Assembly: GCA_029262115.1 (NCBI GenBank)
Contig: JAJCZZ010000050.1
Span: forward strand, 1-64,000
Length of the DNA stretch: 64,000 nt
Direction: 5' to 3'
Source of the DNA: Gemmatimonadota bacterium
Lineage (GTDB): Bacteria > Gemmatimonadota > Gemmatimonadetes > Longimicrobiales > Gaopeijiaceae
This document shows positions 8,366 to 18,379 of this stretch, piece after piece. The translations under genes and the position numbers were made by a program. Within the stretch, counting starts at the first letter, position 1. Each line of letters begins with the position of its first letter. The notes under the pieces were generated by a model. That model saw nothing but the letters and a program-made list of their open reading frames with translations, had not been told where the DNA came from and ran no database searches.

Positions 8366-10150
8366 ATGACGATGAATAGTATTGGACAGAGCGTCCTGGG
8401 ATTTGTATCGCTCGCCCTCGCGGCTTCCCTGGCCCTTCCGACCTCGGTGGAGGGGCAGGCACAGCGCGGCTCGGACCCCGAGCATCGCCTTGATCTCACG
8501 TGGGATCGTTGGCTCGATCACGACGAGATCGGCGAGCGCATGCAGCTCCTGGCGCGCACGTGGCCCGAGTACTTGAGCCTGGAGTCGATCGGCTCGAGCT
8601 ACGGCGGTCGTGAGATGTGGGTCATGACCATCAACAACCCGCGCACCGGCGCGGAAATGGACAAGGCCGCGATGATGATCGAGGCCAACGTCCACGGCAA
8701 CGAGATCCAGGGTGCGGAGGTGATCCTCTACACGATCTGGTACCTCATGGAGAACTACGGGCGCGTCGACGACGTGACACGTCTGGTCGACGAGCGCGTC
8801 TTCTACATGCTGCCCAGCGTGAACCCCGACGGCCGCGACTACTTCCTGGACGAACACGGCTCAGGCGCGCGGACCGGCCACATCCCCGTGGATTCCGATG
8901 GCGATGGCGCCTTTGATGAGGACGGCCCGGATGACATGAACGGCAACGGGGTCATCGAGCAGATCCGCAAGTATGTACCGGGCGAGGGGACGCATCGGAC
9001 CGACCCGCGCGATCCGCGCATCATGGTGCGCGTCGCCCCGGACGAGACGGGCGACTGGGTGCTGCTCGGTTCCGAGGGGATCGACAACGACGGCGACGGG
9101 ATGGTCAACGAGGATCCGGTCGGCGGATATGATCCGAACCGGAACTACGCCTCGGACTGGCAGCCCAACTACATCCAGGGCGGGAGCATGAACTACCCGT
9201 TCGAGCTGCCCGAGGCGCGCGCCATCAACGATTTCCAGATGGCCAAGACGAACATCGCCGGCTTCCAGTCTTTCCATAATTCCGGGGGGATGATCCTTCG
9301 AGGACCCGGCGCGGCGTGGCAGGGGCGGTACCCGGCGGCGGACATCGCCGTGTACGACGAGATCGGCGAGTTCGGCGAGCGGATGCTGCCGTACTACGAC
9401 TACCTGGTCATCTGGCAGGGGCTGTACACGGTACACGGGGGCTCGATCGACTGGACAAACGACGGCCTCGGCATCGTCAGCTACTCCAACGAGCTGTGGA
9501 ACGGCGGGCAGTACTTCAACAGCCCGCTCCTCCAGGAGCAGGGGCGCGATCAAGACCAACCCATCAGCGGTCAATACGGGCGCTACTTCTTCGACGACTT
9601 CCTCGAGTTCGGAGACGAATTCGTCGACTGGACCTCCTACGATCACCCCCAGTTCGGGCAGGTCGAGCTGGGCGGCTGGAAGAAGCTCAGCGGGCGCGTG
9701 AACCCGCGCTTCATGAGTATGGAGTTGTTCCACCGGAACATGGCGTTCACACTCTATCATGCGGACATGATGCCGCTGATGTCGATGGGCGATGCGACGG
9801 TCGAGCGCGTGGACGGGGACGTCTACCGGGTGCGCGTGGACATCACCAACGAGCGGGTGATCCCGACCATCACCGTGCGGGCGCAGGAGAACAACGTCGT
9901 GCGTCCGGACCTGCTGATGGTGGACGGAAACGTCGAGGTGATCGCGGCGGGATGGGTGGCGGACAAGAACCGCCCGGGCCCAACCCAGCTCATCGATCAG
10001 GCCGAGCTGGACCGCATTCTCGTCCGTAGCGGGCACCCCGGTCGGACGACCCGCACGATTGAGTACCTCGTCAGGGGCACCGGTGACTTCACGGTCACCT
10101 ACTCCGCACTAAAAGGGGGCACGGTAAGCACGACGGTCCGTGTGCGGTAA
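8366..10150 (+). CDS. M14-family zinc carboxypeptidase paralog, secreted
   Basis: EMWVMTINNP..HGNEIQG..LPSVNPDGRDYF; insert DSDGDGAFDEDGPDDMNGNG. Tandem to 6564-8360. Confidence 0.85.
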   Translation: MTMNSIGQSVLGFVSLALAASLALPTSVEGQAQRGSDPEHRLDLTWDRWLDHDEIGERMQLLARTWPEYLSLESIGSSYGGREMWVMTINNPRTGAEMDKAAMMIEANVHGNEIQGAEVILYTIWYLMENYGRVDDVTRLVDERVFYMLPSVNPDGRDYFLDEHGSGARTGHIPVDSDGDGAFDEDGPDDMNGNGVIEQIRKYVPGEGTHRTDPRDPRIMVRVAPDETGDWVLLGSEGIDNDGDGMVNEDPVGGYDPNRNYASDWQPNYIQGGSMNYPFELPEARAINDFQMAKTNIAGFQSFHNSGGMILRGPGAAWQGRYPAADIAVYDEIGEFGERMLPYYDYLVIWQGLYTVHGGSIDWTNDGLGIVSYSNELWNGGQYFNSPLLQEQGRDQDQPISGQYGRYFFDDFLEFGDEFVDWTSYDHPQFGQVELGGWKKLSGRVNPRFMSMELFHRNMAFTLYHADMMPLMSMGDATVERVDGDVYRVRVDITNERVIPTITVRAQENNVVRPDLLMVDGNVEVIAAGWVADKNRPGPTQLIDQAELDRILVRSGHPGRTTRTIEYLVRGTGDFTVTYSALKGGTVSTTVRVR

Positions 10151-10201
10151 GGGAGGGTAAGCTCGCTCACCCTCCTCTGATTCCCTGCGGACGGCTCGAC
10201 C

Positions 10202-11218
10202 ATGGTTCAGGCACGATCAGGTGGTCGGCGACGGAGCGGTGGCGCCACTCTGCCGGCCGCGCTCCTCGCGGTATTCGCTCTTTTGGGCTGTGGCGAGGCC
10301 AGCGGAGCGCCGTCTCAGGGCACTCCCGCGGGGGCCTTGGCGGCCGGCTCGGTCGACTGTGTCCGAACCGAGGAGGCGCTGGCGTACTGGCGCCCCGTTC
10401 GGGAAAGGGCTGGCGGGGAGGGTCTCCCGGCTGAGGGGTTGGCGTCGGACGCGCTGGTGGCGGACGCGCTGGCGGTGGAGCTCCTGTCCTGCCTCGGATC
10501 TCCTGACCCGGAACTGCGCGACCGGATCGGTTACGAGCTCTACACGTACTGGCTGCGCGGTGAGCACCTCTCGGACGAAACGCGGCGAACGCTTCTGGAT
10601 CGACTGACCGCCAACGTGCGCGACGGGTCGACACCAGCGTCGCTGTCGCGGTCGTTTTCGGCGCTCGTACTGGCCGAGTTGATGCGCTCGGACGCGGTCA
10701 CCCCGTTCATGACCGAGCCGGAGCGCTCCCAGCTTCTGGACGTTGCATTATCCGCGCTTCTCGCCGAGGCTGACTATCGCGGGCTCGAGCCGGACATCGG
10801 GTGGGTGCACCCCGTGGCGCACCTTTCGGACGTGCTCTGGCGCTTCGCGCTCCATCCGGCGACGACGGCGGAGCAGGCGGCCAGAATTCTCGACGCTGTC
10901 CGGATAAAAGCCGCACCGAACGACCACGGATACGTCTTCAACGAGGGCGATCGGCTCGCCAGGATTCCCGCCATCCTGTTCCGCAGGAGCGATCTGGTCG
11001 ACAGCGCTGCTGCGGTCCTGTGGCTGGGGCGCTTCGAGCGTCCGATCGGCATGCAAGAGTGGTCGAGCGCGTTCAGCAGCCCGGAGGGGATGATCGAGCT
11101 GCACAACACGAAGCTCTTCATCCGGGCGCTGTCGGATCAACTCGCCGGCGTGGAGCTGGATCCGCAGATTACCGAGGCGCTCCGGGCGCTGGTCGCAGGT
11201 CTGACGGGGTTGGTGTAG
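10202..11218 (+). CDS. Hypothetical alpha-helical lipoprotein (338 aa)
   Basis: LLAVFALLGCGEAS lipobox. No confident family assignment. Confidence 0.55.
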   Translation: MVQARSGGRRRSGGATLPAALLAVFALLGCGEASGAPSQGTPAGALAAGSVDCVRTEEALAYWRPVRERAGGEGLPAEGLASDALVADALAVELLSCLGSPDPELRDRIGYELYTYWLRGEHLSDETRRTLLDRLTANVRDGSTPASLSRSFSALVLAELMRSDAVTPFMTEPERSQLLDVALSALLAEADYRGLEPDIGWVHPVAHLSDVLWRFALHPATTAEQAARILDAVRIKAAPNDHGYVFNEGDRLARIPAILFRRSDLVDSAAAVLWLGRFERPIGMQEWSSAFSSPEGMIELHNTKLFIRALSDQLAGVELDPQITEALRALVAGLTGLV

Positions 11219-11369
11219 GACTGCCACGAGGAGGGTGCGATGAAGGGTACCCTCATCCCGAGGAGCTAAGCGTTCTATCTCGATCCACACTCCATCGAGG
11301 CCGTCGCGGTCCTCCGACCGACCGAAGCTACCACGTTCTTCGGAACGATCGGAGGAGGCGGCGGGATCC

Positions 11370-11921
11370 CTACATCGACCAGGGCGGCACGACCTGATTC
11401 ATCCGAGCATACGCGATGAGCTGACCCAGATGCTCATGCATGTCGGTGAGGGCCGAAGCGATCACGGCATGGTTCGGCATGGCGTTCCCGAAGTAGGCAC
11501 CCTCGGCCATACGGTCCGCTTCGCTCATGTCCCGGACGGACGCAGCCATGTGGTCGAACGCGCGACGCAGCTCGGCTACGAGCGCGTCGGTGGGGAGCGC
11601 CTGGATGCGCGTGACCTCCCCGCCAAAGTCGGTTCCGACGCCGGCTGGCGGTTGGCCGCCCCACAGCCTCGGGAAGAGATACCCCTCGGCCCCGGCCAAC
11701 CCGATCACGTCTCCGACCGACCGGACGCCTTCCATCGGACGCCACTCGTACATCGAGCGGTCGAACGCTTCGGCCAGGCCGATGAACTTGTCACGCATCG
11801 TCTCGATGTCCGCTACCTGAACGTCCTTCCAGGTCGGTGTCTGCGCATCGACATCCGCTGGGTCCGTCATGCCCGCGACCAGGGCCATCGCCACCGCGCC
11901 CATCATCATCTTCCTTCCCAT
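11370..11921 (-). CDS. DinB/YfiT-like superfamily protein with signal peptide
   Basis: C-terminal MHEHLGQLIAYARMNQVVPPW resembles the DinB_2 His/Gln motif. Confidence 0.55.
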   Translation of the reverse strand: MGRKMMMGAVAMALVAGMTDPADVDAQTPTWKDVQVADIETMRDKFIGLAEAFDRSMYEWRPMEGVRSVGDVIGLAGAEGYLFPRLWGGQPPAGVGTDFGGEVTRIQALPTDALVAELRRAFDHMAASVRDMSEADRMAEGAYFGNAMPNHAVIASALTDMHEHLGQLIAYARMNQVVPPWSM

Positions 11922-12049
11922 CGTCGCACCTCTCCACCCACACGTGAACGTTTGCCGCTGAGATTTTCACTTTCGCCAGGTACTACGACGCGCGCCAGCG
12001 TACGTGACCACTTCTTGACACAACTGGGTCGGAGAAGCCCCTTCCGCGC

Positions 12050-12700
12050 ATGACTCCAATGCGAGATGTGCTGGAACGGAACCGGGCGTGGGCTCAGCGG
12101 ATGGCCGACGAAGATCCGAACTTCTTCCGCGAACTGGCAGAGGCGCAGCACCCGTGCTACCTGTGGATCGGTTGCTCGGACAGCAGGGTGCCTGCCAACC
12201 AGATCATGGGCCTGCCGCCGGGCGAGGTCTTCGTCCATCGCAACGTCGCCAACGTCGTCGTCCACACAGATCTGAACTTCCTCACGGTGCTCCAGTACGC
12301 GGTCGATGTGCTGCGAATCCCCCGCGTTATCGTGTGCGGGCACTACGGGTGCGGGGGCGTTAGAGCCGCGTGGGATCACCGGCCCGTCGGCCTGGCCGAC
12401 AACTGGCTTCGGCACATCGAGGACGTTGCCGCACGTCATGAGGCTGAACTGAACGCGCTGCCGGACGAGGGCGCCAAACTGCGGCGCCTCTGCGAGCTGA
12501 ACGTGCGTGAGCAGGCTATCAATGTCTGCCGGACGACCGTGGTTCAGGAGGCGTGGCGCCGAGGCCAGACGCTGAGCGTCCACGGGCTCGTCTACGCCCT
12601 TCAGGACGGCCTCCTGACCGACCTCGGCTACACGGCCCAAGGCCCGGAGGATGTTCCGAAGATCCCGGGTGCGGGCGCGATTGCCGAGGCGCCGGCCTAA
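12050..12700 (+). CDS. can: Beta-class carbonic anhydrase
   Basis: CSDSRV..HRNVANVV..VCGHYGCGG active-site motifs. Confidence 0.9.
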   Translation: MTPMRDVLERNRAWAQRMADEDPNFFRELAEAQHPCYLWIGCSDSRVPANQIMGLPPGEVFVHRNVANVVVHTDLNFLTVLQYAVDVLRIPRVIVCGHYGCGGVRAAWDHRPVGLADNWLRHIEDVAARHEAELNALPDEGAKLRRLCELNVREQAINVCRTTVVQEAWRRGQTLSVHGLVYALQDGLLTDLGYTAQGPEDVPKIPGAGAIAEAPA

Positions 12701-12718
12701 GCGTGGGCGCCCGTACGC

Positions 12719-15415
12719 TCATTCCGACTTCAGGGCCAGGATCGGATCGGCTCTGGCCGCCCGACGGGCGGGTACATAAACGGCCAGGGCCGCCACCGCG
12801 AGCAGGACCATCGGCACGCCGAGGAACGCCGCGGGGTCGAGCGCGTTGACGTTGTAGAGCAACCCCGATACCAACCGCGAAGCGACGCCAGCCAAAACCA
12901 AGCCGACGACCATGCCGATCGCGGCCAGGCGCATGCCCTCCTTCAGGACCATCCGGACGACGCGTCTCCGATCCGCGCCCAGCGCCACCCGGATGCCCAG
13001 TTCGCGCTTTCTCTGGGCGACTGAGTACGCCATCACTCCGTAGATCCCTACGGCGGCGAGTAGCAGGCCAAGGAGCCCAAAGATGCCCAGGACACTGCCC
13101 CCGATCCGCGCGGGGAGCAGCGCGGTGCCCATGTGATCCTCGACCGTCCGCACGTCGAAGATCGGGAGGTCCGCGTCGGCTTCCCGAACGATCTCCCGGA
13201 TTCGGCGCAGCGCCGTCTGCGGGTCGGTCGGGGTCCGAGCCACGAGCGACACTCCGAACCGGGCGCGCTCCCGGAGCGGGAGGTACATGTAGTCGGTCGG
13301 GGCTTCGCCGAGGCTCTGATACTTGCCGGTCTCGACCACCCCGATGACCGTCCGCTCCTCACCGGCGGTGTTCACCACCTTGCCCACCGCGGATTGACCC
13401 GGCCAGAAGTGCTCGGCGAAGCGCCGATTTACGATGATCACGGGTGGGCCGGCCTCGTCGTCCTGCCGCGTGAACCGACGCCCTTCGAGCAGGTCGATGC
13501 CCATGGCCTCGAGATACCCTTCCGAGATCCAACCGTAGAAAAGGCTCGATCGTTCACCCTCGGCGAACTCGTATCCGGGAATCTCGACGCCCCGGTCCGA
13601 CCCGCTCAGTCCCAGGGGGATGTGCGTCGTCAGCCCCGCTCCGGTCACCTCGGGCAGGGCGACGCTCTCAGCGAGGAGCCGGTCCAGGAAGGCACGGGCG
13701 CGTTGGTCGTCGTACCCCTGAAGCGTGGGGTCGACCGACAGCATCACGATGTGGCCCGGGTCCGCAAAGCCCGGGTCGATGCTGGTCGCGCCCTGCAGGC
13801 TCCGCAGGAAGAGGCCAGAGCTGATCAGGAGCACGAGCGAGAGCGCCATCTGCATGACCACGAGCGCGTTGCTGACCCGCGACCCGCCCGCCCGCTCGGA
13901 TGCCTCACCTTTCACGGCAGCGACCATATCGGGGCGCGCCGTCTGGAGTGCCGGCACCAGACCGAAGAGGACTCCTGCGGCGACGGAGACGGCAACCGTG
14001 AACAGAAGCACGCGACCGTCGAGATCGATCTGGAACAGCCACGGTCCGTCCATCGGCGGGCGGATCGACCCGATGAAACGGACGGCGAGATGCGCGAGAG
14101 CCAGTCCCGCCCCGGCTCCGAGCGTCGTGAACAGAAGGCTCTCGGTCAGCAACTGCTGGATGATCCGCCGCCGCCCCGCGCCGAGGCTCAGCCGGATGCC
14201 CATCTCCCGTCGACGCTCCCGTGCCCGCGCCAGGAACAGGTTGGCCACATTCACGCAGGCGATGAGGAGCAGGAGCCCCACGACGGCCATCATCACGGCG
14301 CTCATTCCCACCTGTGCGTCGCGGAACATGGGGTGGATCCCGGCCTCGCTCTGGAGCACGAGAGTGTTCCCCACCTGGTCCTCGTAGGCGGGATACTCCT
14401 CGCGCAACTGCGCGAGCACCCCCTCCATCCGGGCGGCGGCCTGCTCGACCGTCATTCCGTCGCGCAGCCGCCCGATGACGTTCATGGAGTTGCTCCCGCG
14501 CGCCTCCAGTACGTTGTTTCCGGGATCGATTTGCGGCTGCATCATGAGCGGCACGTAGAACGGGGCGTCCGCGAAGTTCGTGGGCCCTTTGAATTCGGGC
14601 GATGAAACACCCACCACCTCGAACGTGAGTCCGTTGATCAGGAGGGTTCGTCCGACGACCTCGGGATCGCCGCCGAAGCGGGTCTGCCAGAAGCCGTGGC
14701 CGAGCACGACCACCGGGTGAGCGCCGGGGCCGTCCGACTCGACGTCCGGCAGGAACGGTCGACCGAGCTCCATCGACGCGCCGTACGTCTGGAAGAAGTT
14801 GGCGCTCACGAGCAGCCCCATGATCCGTTCGCTCCGTCCGTCCGCCGACAACGCGACCGGTGCGAACTGCCACGCGGCCACGTTCTCGAAGACGTCGCCG
14901 GTTCGGTCACGCACGTCCTGATAGTGGGGAACCGAGTTGGACCCGTACTGCATACCGGGCCAGTGCCTGTAGAGCTGCACCAGTTCGTCGGGGTCGTGGG
15001 TTCCGCCAAGGGGGCGAAGGAGAAGGCCGCTAACGGTGGAGAAGGTCGCCGCGTTCAATCCGATTCCAAGCGCGAGCGTGAGCACCGCGGCAATGGTGAA
15101 GACCGGGTTCTTGACAAGCATGCGACCACTGAAGCGGAGGTCGCGGAAGAAGTCGTTCATGGCGGTTTCCAGAGGGGACGGTGCCCCGGGTGGTCGGGAA
15201 GTCGGCCGGGACACAGCGAAGTCACGAAGAAGGAACAGGACCAGCCGTGCGCCGCCGAGCGTGCCGCGGTATCGGTCTTCCCGGCGACGGTCGTCGAAGA
15301 CGAGCAGGAGGTCTGCCTCGTATTTCTTACGAAAAAGCCTGGGGTAGAATCGGATCAGCGCTCGATAGAAGCGGCGAACCGGATCTCGCGACCCTGGCGA
15401 CGGCGCCGGAGTCAT
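12719..15415 (-). CDS. ADOP-family ABC transporter permease (MacB-like periplasmic core, two FtsX domains) with N-terminal permease-prefix region
   Basis: Canonical MNDFFRDLRFSGRMLVKNPVFTIAAVLTLALGIGLNAATFS start at internal residue 86. The upstream 85 aa (RRFYRALIRFYPRLFRKKYEADL) resemble the permease prefix. The ATG overlaps the padR stop (ATGA), which supports the long form. Confidence 0.85.
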   Translation of the reverse strand: MTPAPSPGSRDPVRRFYRALIRFYPRLFRKKYEADLLLVFDDRRREDRYRGTLGGARLVLFLLRDFAVSRPTSRPPGAPSPLETAMNDFFRDLRFSGRMLVKNPVFTIAAVLTLALGIGLNAATFSTVSGLLLRPLGGTHDPDELVQLYRHWPGMQYGSNSVPHYQDVRDRTGDVFENVAAWQFAPVALSADGRSERIMGLLVSANFFQTYGASMELGRPFLPDVESDGPGAHPVVVLGHGFWQTRFGGDPEVVGRTLLINGLTFEVVGVSSPEFKGPTNFADAPFYVPLMMQPQIDPGNNVLEARGSNSMNVIGRLRDGMTVEQAAARMEGVLAQLREEYPAYEDQVGNTLVLQSEAGIHPMFRDAQVGMSAVMMAVVGLLLLIACVNVANLFLARARERRREMGIRLSLGAGRRRIIQQLLTESLLFTTLGAGAGLALAHLAVRFIGSIRPPMDGPWLFQIDLDGRVLLFTVAVSVAAGVLFGLVPALQTARPDMVAAVKGEASERAGGSRVSNALVVMQMALSLVLLISSGLFLRSLQGATSIDPGFADPGHIVMLSVDPTLQGYDDQRARAFLDRLLAESVALPEVTGAGLTTHIPLGLSGSDRGVEIPGYEFAEGERSSLFYGWISEGYLEAMGIDLLEGRRFTRQDDEAGPPVIIVNRRFAEHFWPGQSAVGKVVNTAGEERTVIGVVETGKYQSLGEAPTDYMYLPLRERARFGVSLVARTPTDPQTALRRIREIVREADADLPIFDVRTVEDHMGTALLPARIGGSVLGIFGLLGLLLAAVGIYGVMAYSVAQRKRELGIRVALGADRRRVVRMVLKEGMRLAAIGMVVGLVLAGVASRLVSGLLYNVNALDPAAFLGVPMVLLAVAALAVYVPARRAARADPILALKSE

Positions 15416-15759
15416 GTGCCGAGCCGGGCCTGCGCCACGGTCACCGCCCGCAGCAGGCGAGCGCTTTCCGCGCGTAGCGCGTGGCGGCCGAGGTCGGTGA
15501 CCTCGTAGTAGCGCCGCCGCTCCACGTGCGTGCCTTCCTCGCCCGGGTTGGCGGTCTCCACGATCAGCGCCTGCGCCTGCATGCGCTGGAGAGACCCGTA
15601 CAGCGTCCCGGGGCCCATCACGATGCGCCCGTCCGTGAGCTCTTCGACTTCCTGAGCGATGGAGTACCCGTGTCGTGGACCACCCGCGAGCGCCACGAGC
15701 ATGTGGTATACCGTCGGGGTGAGCGGGAGCACCGCATTCAGGGCCTTCGTGGACTCCAT
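15412..15759 (-). CDS. PadR-family transcriptional regulator
   Basis: wHTH LTPTVYHMLVALAGGPRHGYSIAQEV. Start placed at MESTK (M25 of the ORF) so that the operator-like repeats fall upstream. Confidence 0.8.
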   Translation of the reverse strand: MESTKALNAVLPLTPTVYHMLVALAGGPRHGYSIAQEVEELTDGRIVMGPGTLYGSLQRMQAQALIVETANPGEEGTHVERRRYYEVTDLGRHALRAESARLLRAVTVAQARLGT

Positions 15760-15790
15760 GGGCACGGCTCCTGGGGCGTTCATTATGACG

Positions 15791-15867
15791 GTGACGGATG
15801 TAATGGCACGCGCCTTGCCGATGCGAGACATCGTGGCATGCCCATCATACGTCCGTGACGGATGTAA
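15791..15867. promoter_or_regulatory. Two direct copies of GTGACGGATGTAA (15791-15803 and 15855-15867); the second lies within the 19-bp near-palindrome TACGTCCGTGACGGATGTA (15848-15866); candidate PadR operator
   Basis: Seen directly, upstream of padR on its strand. Confidence 0.35.
15804..15818 (+). promoter_or_regulatory. Perfect sigma54 -24/-12 consensus TGGCACG-cgcc-TTGC, oriented into the padR-floT intergenic region
   Basis: Exact match to the TGGCACG-N4-TTGC core. No plus-strand gene lies downstream (next one is at 22086). Confidence 0.4.
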
Positions 15868-16048
15868 AGATTCAGGCGATGCCGTGCTCGCCCGAGTAGA
15901 CGGTGCTCCTCCCCGGGCGGCTGCGCACGTCCTCGGCGTTCACCGCCAACCCCGACGCCGACGGGCGTCTCAGCGTCCTACGACCGATCCAGAGGTAAGA
16001 CGAGGCGGCCACCCAGGCTTGGGACGACAACCTCGCCTTTTTTCCGGG

Positions 16049-17587
16049 TCAGGCGCTTCCTTCGTCTCTGTCCGCGCCTCGGGCGTCCGGACGGCCGTCC
16101 CCGCCGGCCAGCGCGGGCGGTCGTTCTGAACCGTCCGGGTCGCCGCTCGCACCCACCACCTCCGCGTCCCTCACCTTCGGCTCCAACGCCCGGGCCAGAA
16201 TCGCCTGGAGGTCCAGACCTACGGCCGCCCCGAGCGACTCGATCGTCCCCAGGGCGCTACGCACCCTCTGGTTGGCGGCGTTGTTCACGCCGTTCCCGTC
16301 GCCCCCGTCGAGGACAATCAGACGTTCGATGTCGATCCCCCGAACGGCGTCGACGGAGGTGGCCAGAAGCTCCGGCAGCTTGTCCGCGACGAAGACGCCG
16401 AACGCGGCCTCCCCGCCGGCACGCACCTGGTCCAGAAGTAGGCGGAAGGCCTCCGCGTTGGCTCGGCCCTGCTCGAGGGTGAGCGCCGCGTCTCCGACCG
16501 CCTTCGCGCGCGCGGCTTCCCGTGCGGCCTCGGCCGGCTCGACCACGTCGGCACGGAGCCGGACCTTCTCCTTCTCCACGCGCTCCTGCTCCAGAGCCCT
16601 CTGCGCCTGCACCTCGGCTTGCTGAGCCTTCACGCGGGTGGTCCGCTCGACCGTCTCGGCCTCACCCGCGAGCTCGGCCTTCCTGACGCGGAGACTGTTG
16701 TCGGCCTCGGCGATTTCGATGTCCGCCTCAGCCTCCTTCACCTCTGCGACCATTCTGGCCTGGGCCTGCGCCTCACGCGTCGCCGACTCCGCCTGCGCTT
16801 CCGCGACCTCGGCCTCCCGTTCGGCGGATGCCTTTGCCTGACGAGTACGGGCCGTTGCTTCCGCTTCCGCGATTTCTGCGTCACGCAACGCTTCCGCTTG
16901 AGCGCGGCGGGTCTCAGCGGCCGCGTCGGCCTCCGCCATCTCGGCGTCCCGGACGGCTTCCGCAGACTTCTTCCGGCCTATGGCCGCAAGGTATCCGCGC
17001 TGATCGCTCACGTTCTGGATCTTCAGAACGTCGAGCCTCAGGCCGAGCGCCGACAGATCCTCGCCGGCGTCCTCCGCCAACGCCTTGGCAAAGCCGAGCC
17101 GGTCCTCGTTCACCTGCTCGGGGGTGAGCGTCGCGAGCACCCCCCGCAGATTCCCCATGAGCGTGTCGCGCGCGATCGACTGGATCTCCTTTTCGGTCTT
17201 CCCGAGCAGACGTTCCACGGCGTTGTTGAACACCGCTTCGGGCTCGGACGCGATCTTCACATTCGCGATCGCCTCGATATCCAGCGGGATATTGCCCTTG
17301 GAGAACGCGTTGTGAACGGAGATCTCCAGCGGGTACGTTTCCAGGCTGAGCCACTGAACCTGCTCGACGATCGGCACCTGCATGGTGCGGCCGCCAATGA
17401 CCGCGCGGTAGCCGACATCCGTGCCGTCGAGGAGCTGACGCTTTCGACCCGTGACGACGGCCGCGGCGTTCGGTGGGACGATGACGATCAGAGCCTTGAT
17501 GGCCCAGACCGCGACGGTTATGACGATGAGGGTGATGACCGCCGCCACGATGACCGTCATCAGCTCTTCAGGTATAGCGGTTTCCAT
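16049..17587 (-). CDS. floT: Flotillin (SPFH/band-7 domain, flotillin family) with E/A-rich coiled-coil repeats
   Basis: N-terminal TM segment, SPFH core, long (A/E)EA(E/Q)A repeats, C-terminal flotillin tail. Confidence 0.9.
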   Translation of the reverse strand: METAIPEELMTVIVAAVITLIVITVAVWAIKALIVIVPPNAAAVVTGRKRQLLDGTDVGYRAVIGGRTMQVPIVEQVQWLSLETYPLEISVHNAFSKGNIPLDIEAIANVKIASEPEAVFNNAVERLLGKTEKEIQSIARDTLMGNLRGVLATLTPEQVNEDRLGFAKALAEDAGEDLSALGLRLDVLKIQNVSDQRGYLAAIGRKKSAEAVRDAEMAEADAAAETRRAQAEALRDAEIAEAEATARTRQAKASAEREAEVAEAQAESATREAQAQARMVAEVKEAEADIEIAEADNSLRVRKAELAGEAETVERTTRVKAQQAEVQAQRALEQERVEKEKVRLRADVVEPAEAAREAARAKAVGDAALTLEQGRANAEAFRLLLDQVRAGGEAAFGVFVADKLPELLATSVDAVRGIDIERLIVLDGGDGNGVNNAANQRVRSALGTIESLGAAVGLDLQAILARALEPKVRDAEVVGASGDPDGSERPPALAGGDGRPDARGADRDEGSA

Positions 17588-17596
17588 GACGTCTCC

Positions 17597-18175
17597 TCAG
17601 TCCGAAATGCGCTTGGTTGTGCCTTCATCCGGCACCACGAAGGCGATGCCGTTCTTGACTTCCACTACCATGACCGACGTCCAGTCATCGGGTCGGACGT
17701 CCTCCCCATCTCCCTCGGCCCAGGAAGCGTGCGGGACCGCCCGAAGGCGGGTGTCGCGGTGCCCGCGTGTCACACGGACTTCGCCGGGGGATGCCGCGGT
17801 GATCGGGACGACGACCGTTCCGAACGTCCCACCCCACGAATCGTCTCCCAGCCGATGCCCCGTGTCGGAGTTCTTCAGCCAGTAGAGAAGGCGAGCGGCC
17901 GCCATACCGGACACGCTTCCCGTGGCGACAGCCCCGCCCAGCGCCATGGCTGCCGAAACCGGAGTGACGAGCGAGAGGAACGTCCCGGCGGCCCCGAACC
18001 CGAGGCAGAAGTAGAGCATGCCGTAGGTCGCGAGCAACTTCCCGAACGACGCCTCCCCAACGCCCGCGTCGCCGTCCACGTCCATGTCGGCGTCTACGTC
18101 GAACATGTCCGAGACGAACGACAGGACTGTCAATCCGGCGCCCAGGATGAGCGTGAATACGTAGACCTTCAGCAT
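17597..18175 (-). CDS. NfeD-like membrane protein (YuaF-like) upstream of flotillin
   Basis: Membrane N-terminus plus C-terminal OB-like VVVEVKNGIAFVVP. The nfeD-floT order is conserved. Confidence 0.7.
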   Translation of the reverse strand: MLKVYVFTLILGAGLTVLSFVSDMFDVDADMDVDGDAGVGEASFGKLLATYGMLYFCLGFGAAGTFLSLVTPVSAAMALGGAVATGSVSGMAAARLLYWLKNSDTGHRLGDDSWGGTFGTVVVPITAASPGEVRVTRGHRDTRLRAVPHASWAEGDGEDVRPDDWTSVMVVEVKNGIAFVVPDEGTTKRISD

Positions 18176-18379
18176 CGGAAGAGCTCCTCTCGTCGACTGT
18201 CTACAACCGGGTACGAGATGAAGCTACGCGCCCATCACCGACCGCGCCCGACCGGGTGCTTGTCGAGCCCTCAGCGTCATGGACGTGGCCGAGGAGATCG
18301 CCGCGTGAAGCGCGCATGCAACGGTCAGCTGCAGCGGAGATGGCGAGATCGTCGTGCGGGGTTGCCGCGACCGACCCCG

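Noticed and set aside
16000-16045. Rho-independent terminator at the T6 tract (16038-16043)
   Set aside because: The preceding GC-rich sequence does not form a convincing stem. It is kept only as a possible boundary in the sigma54-sRNA hypothesis.
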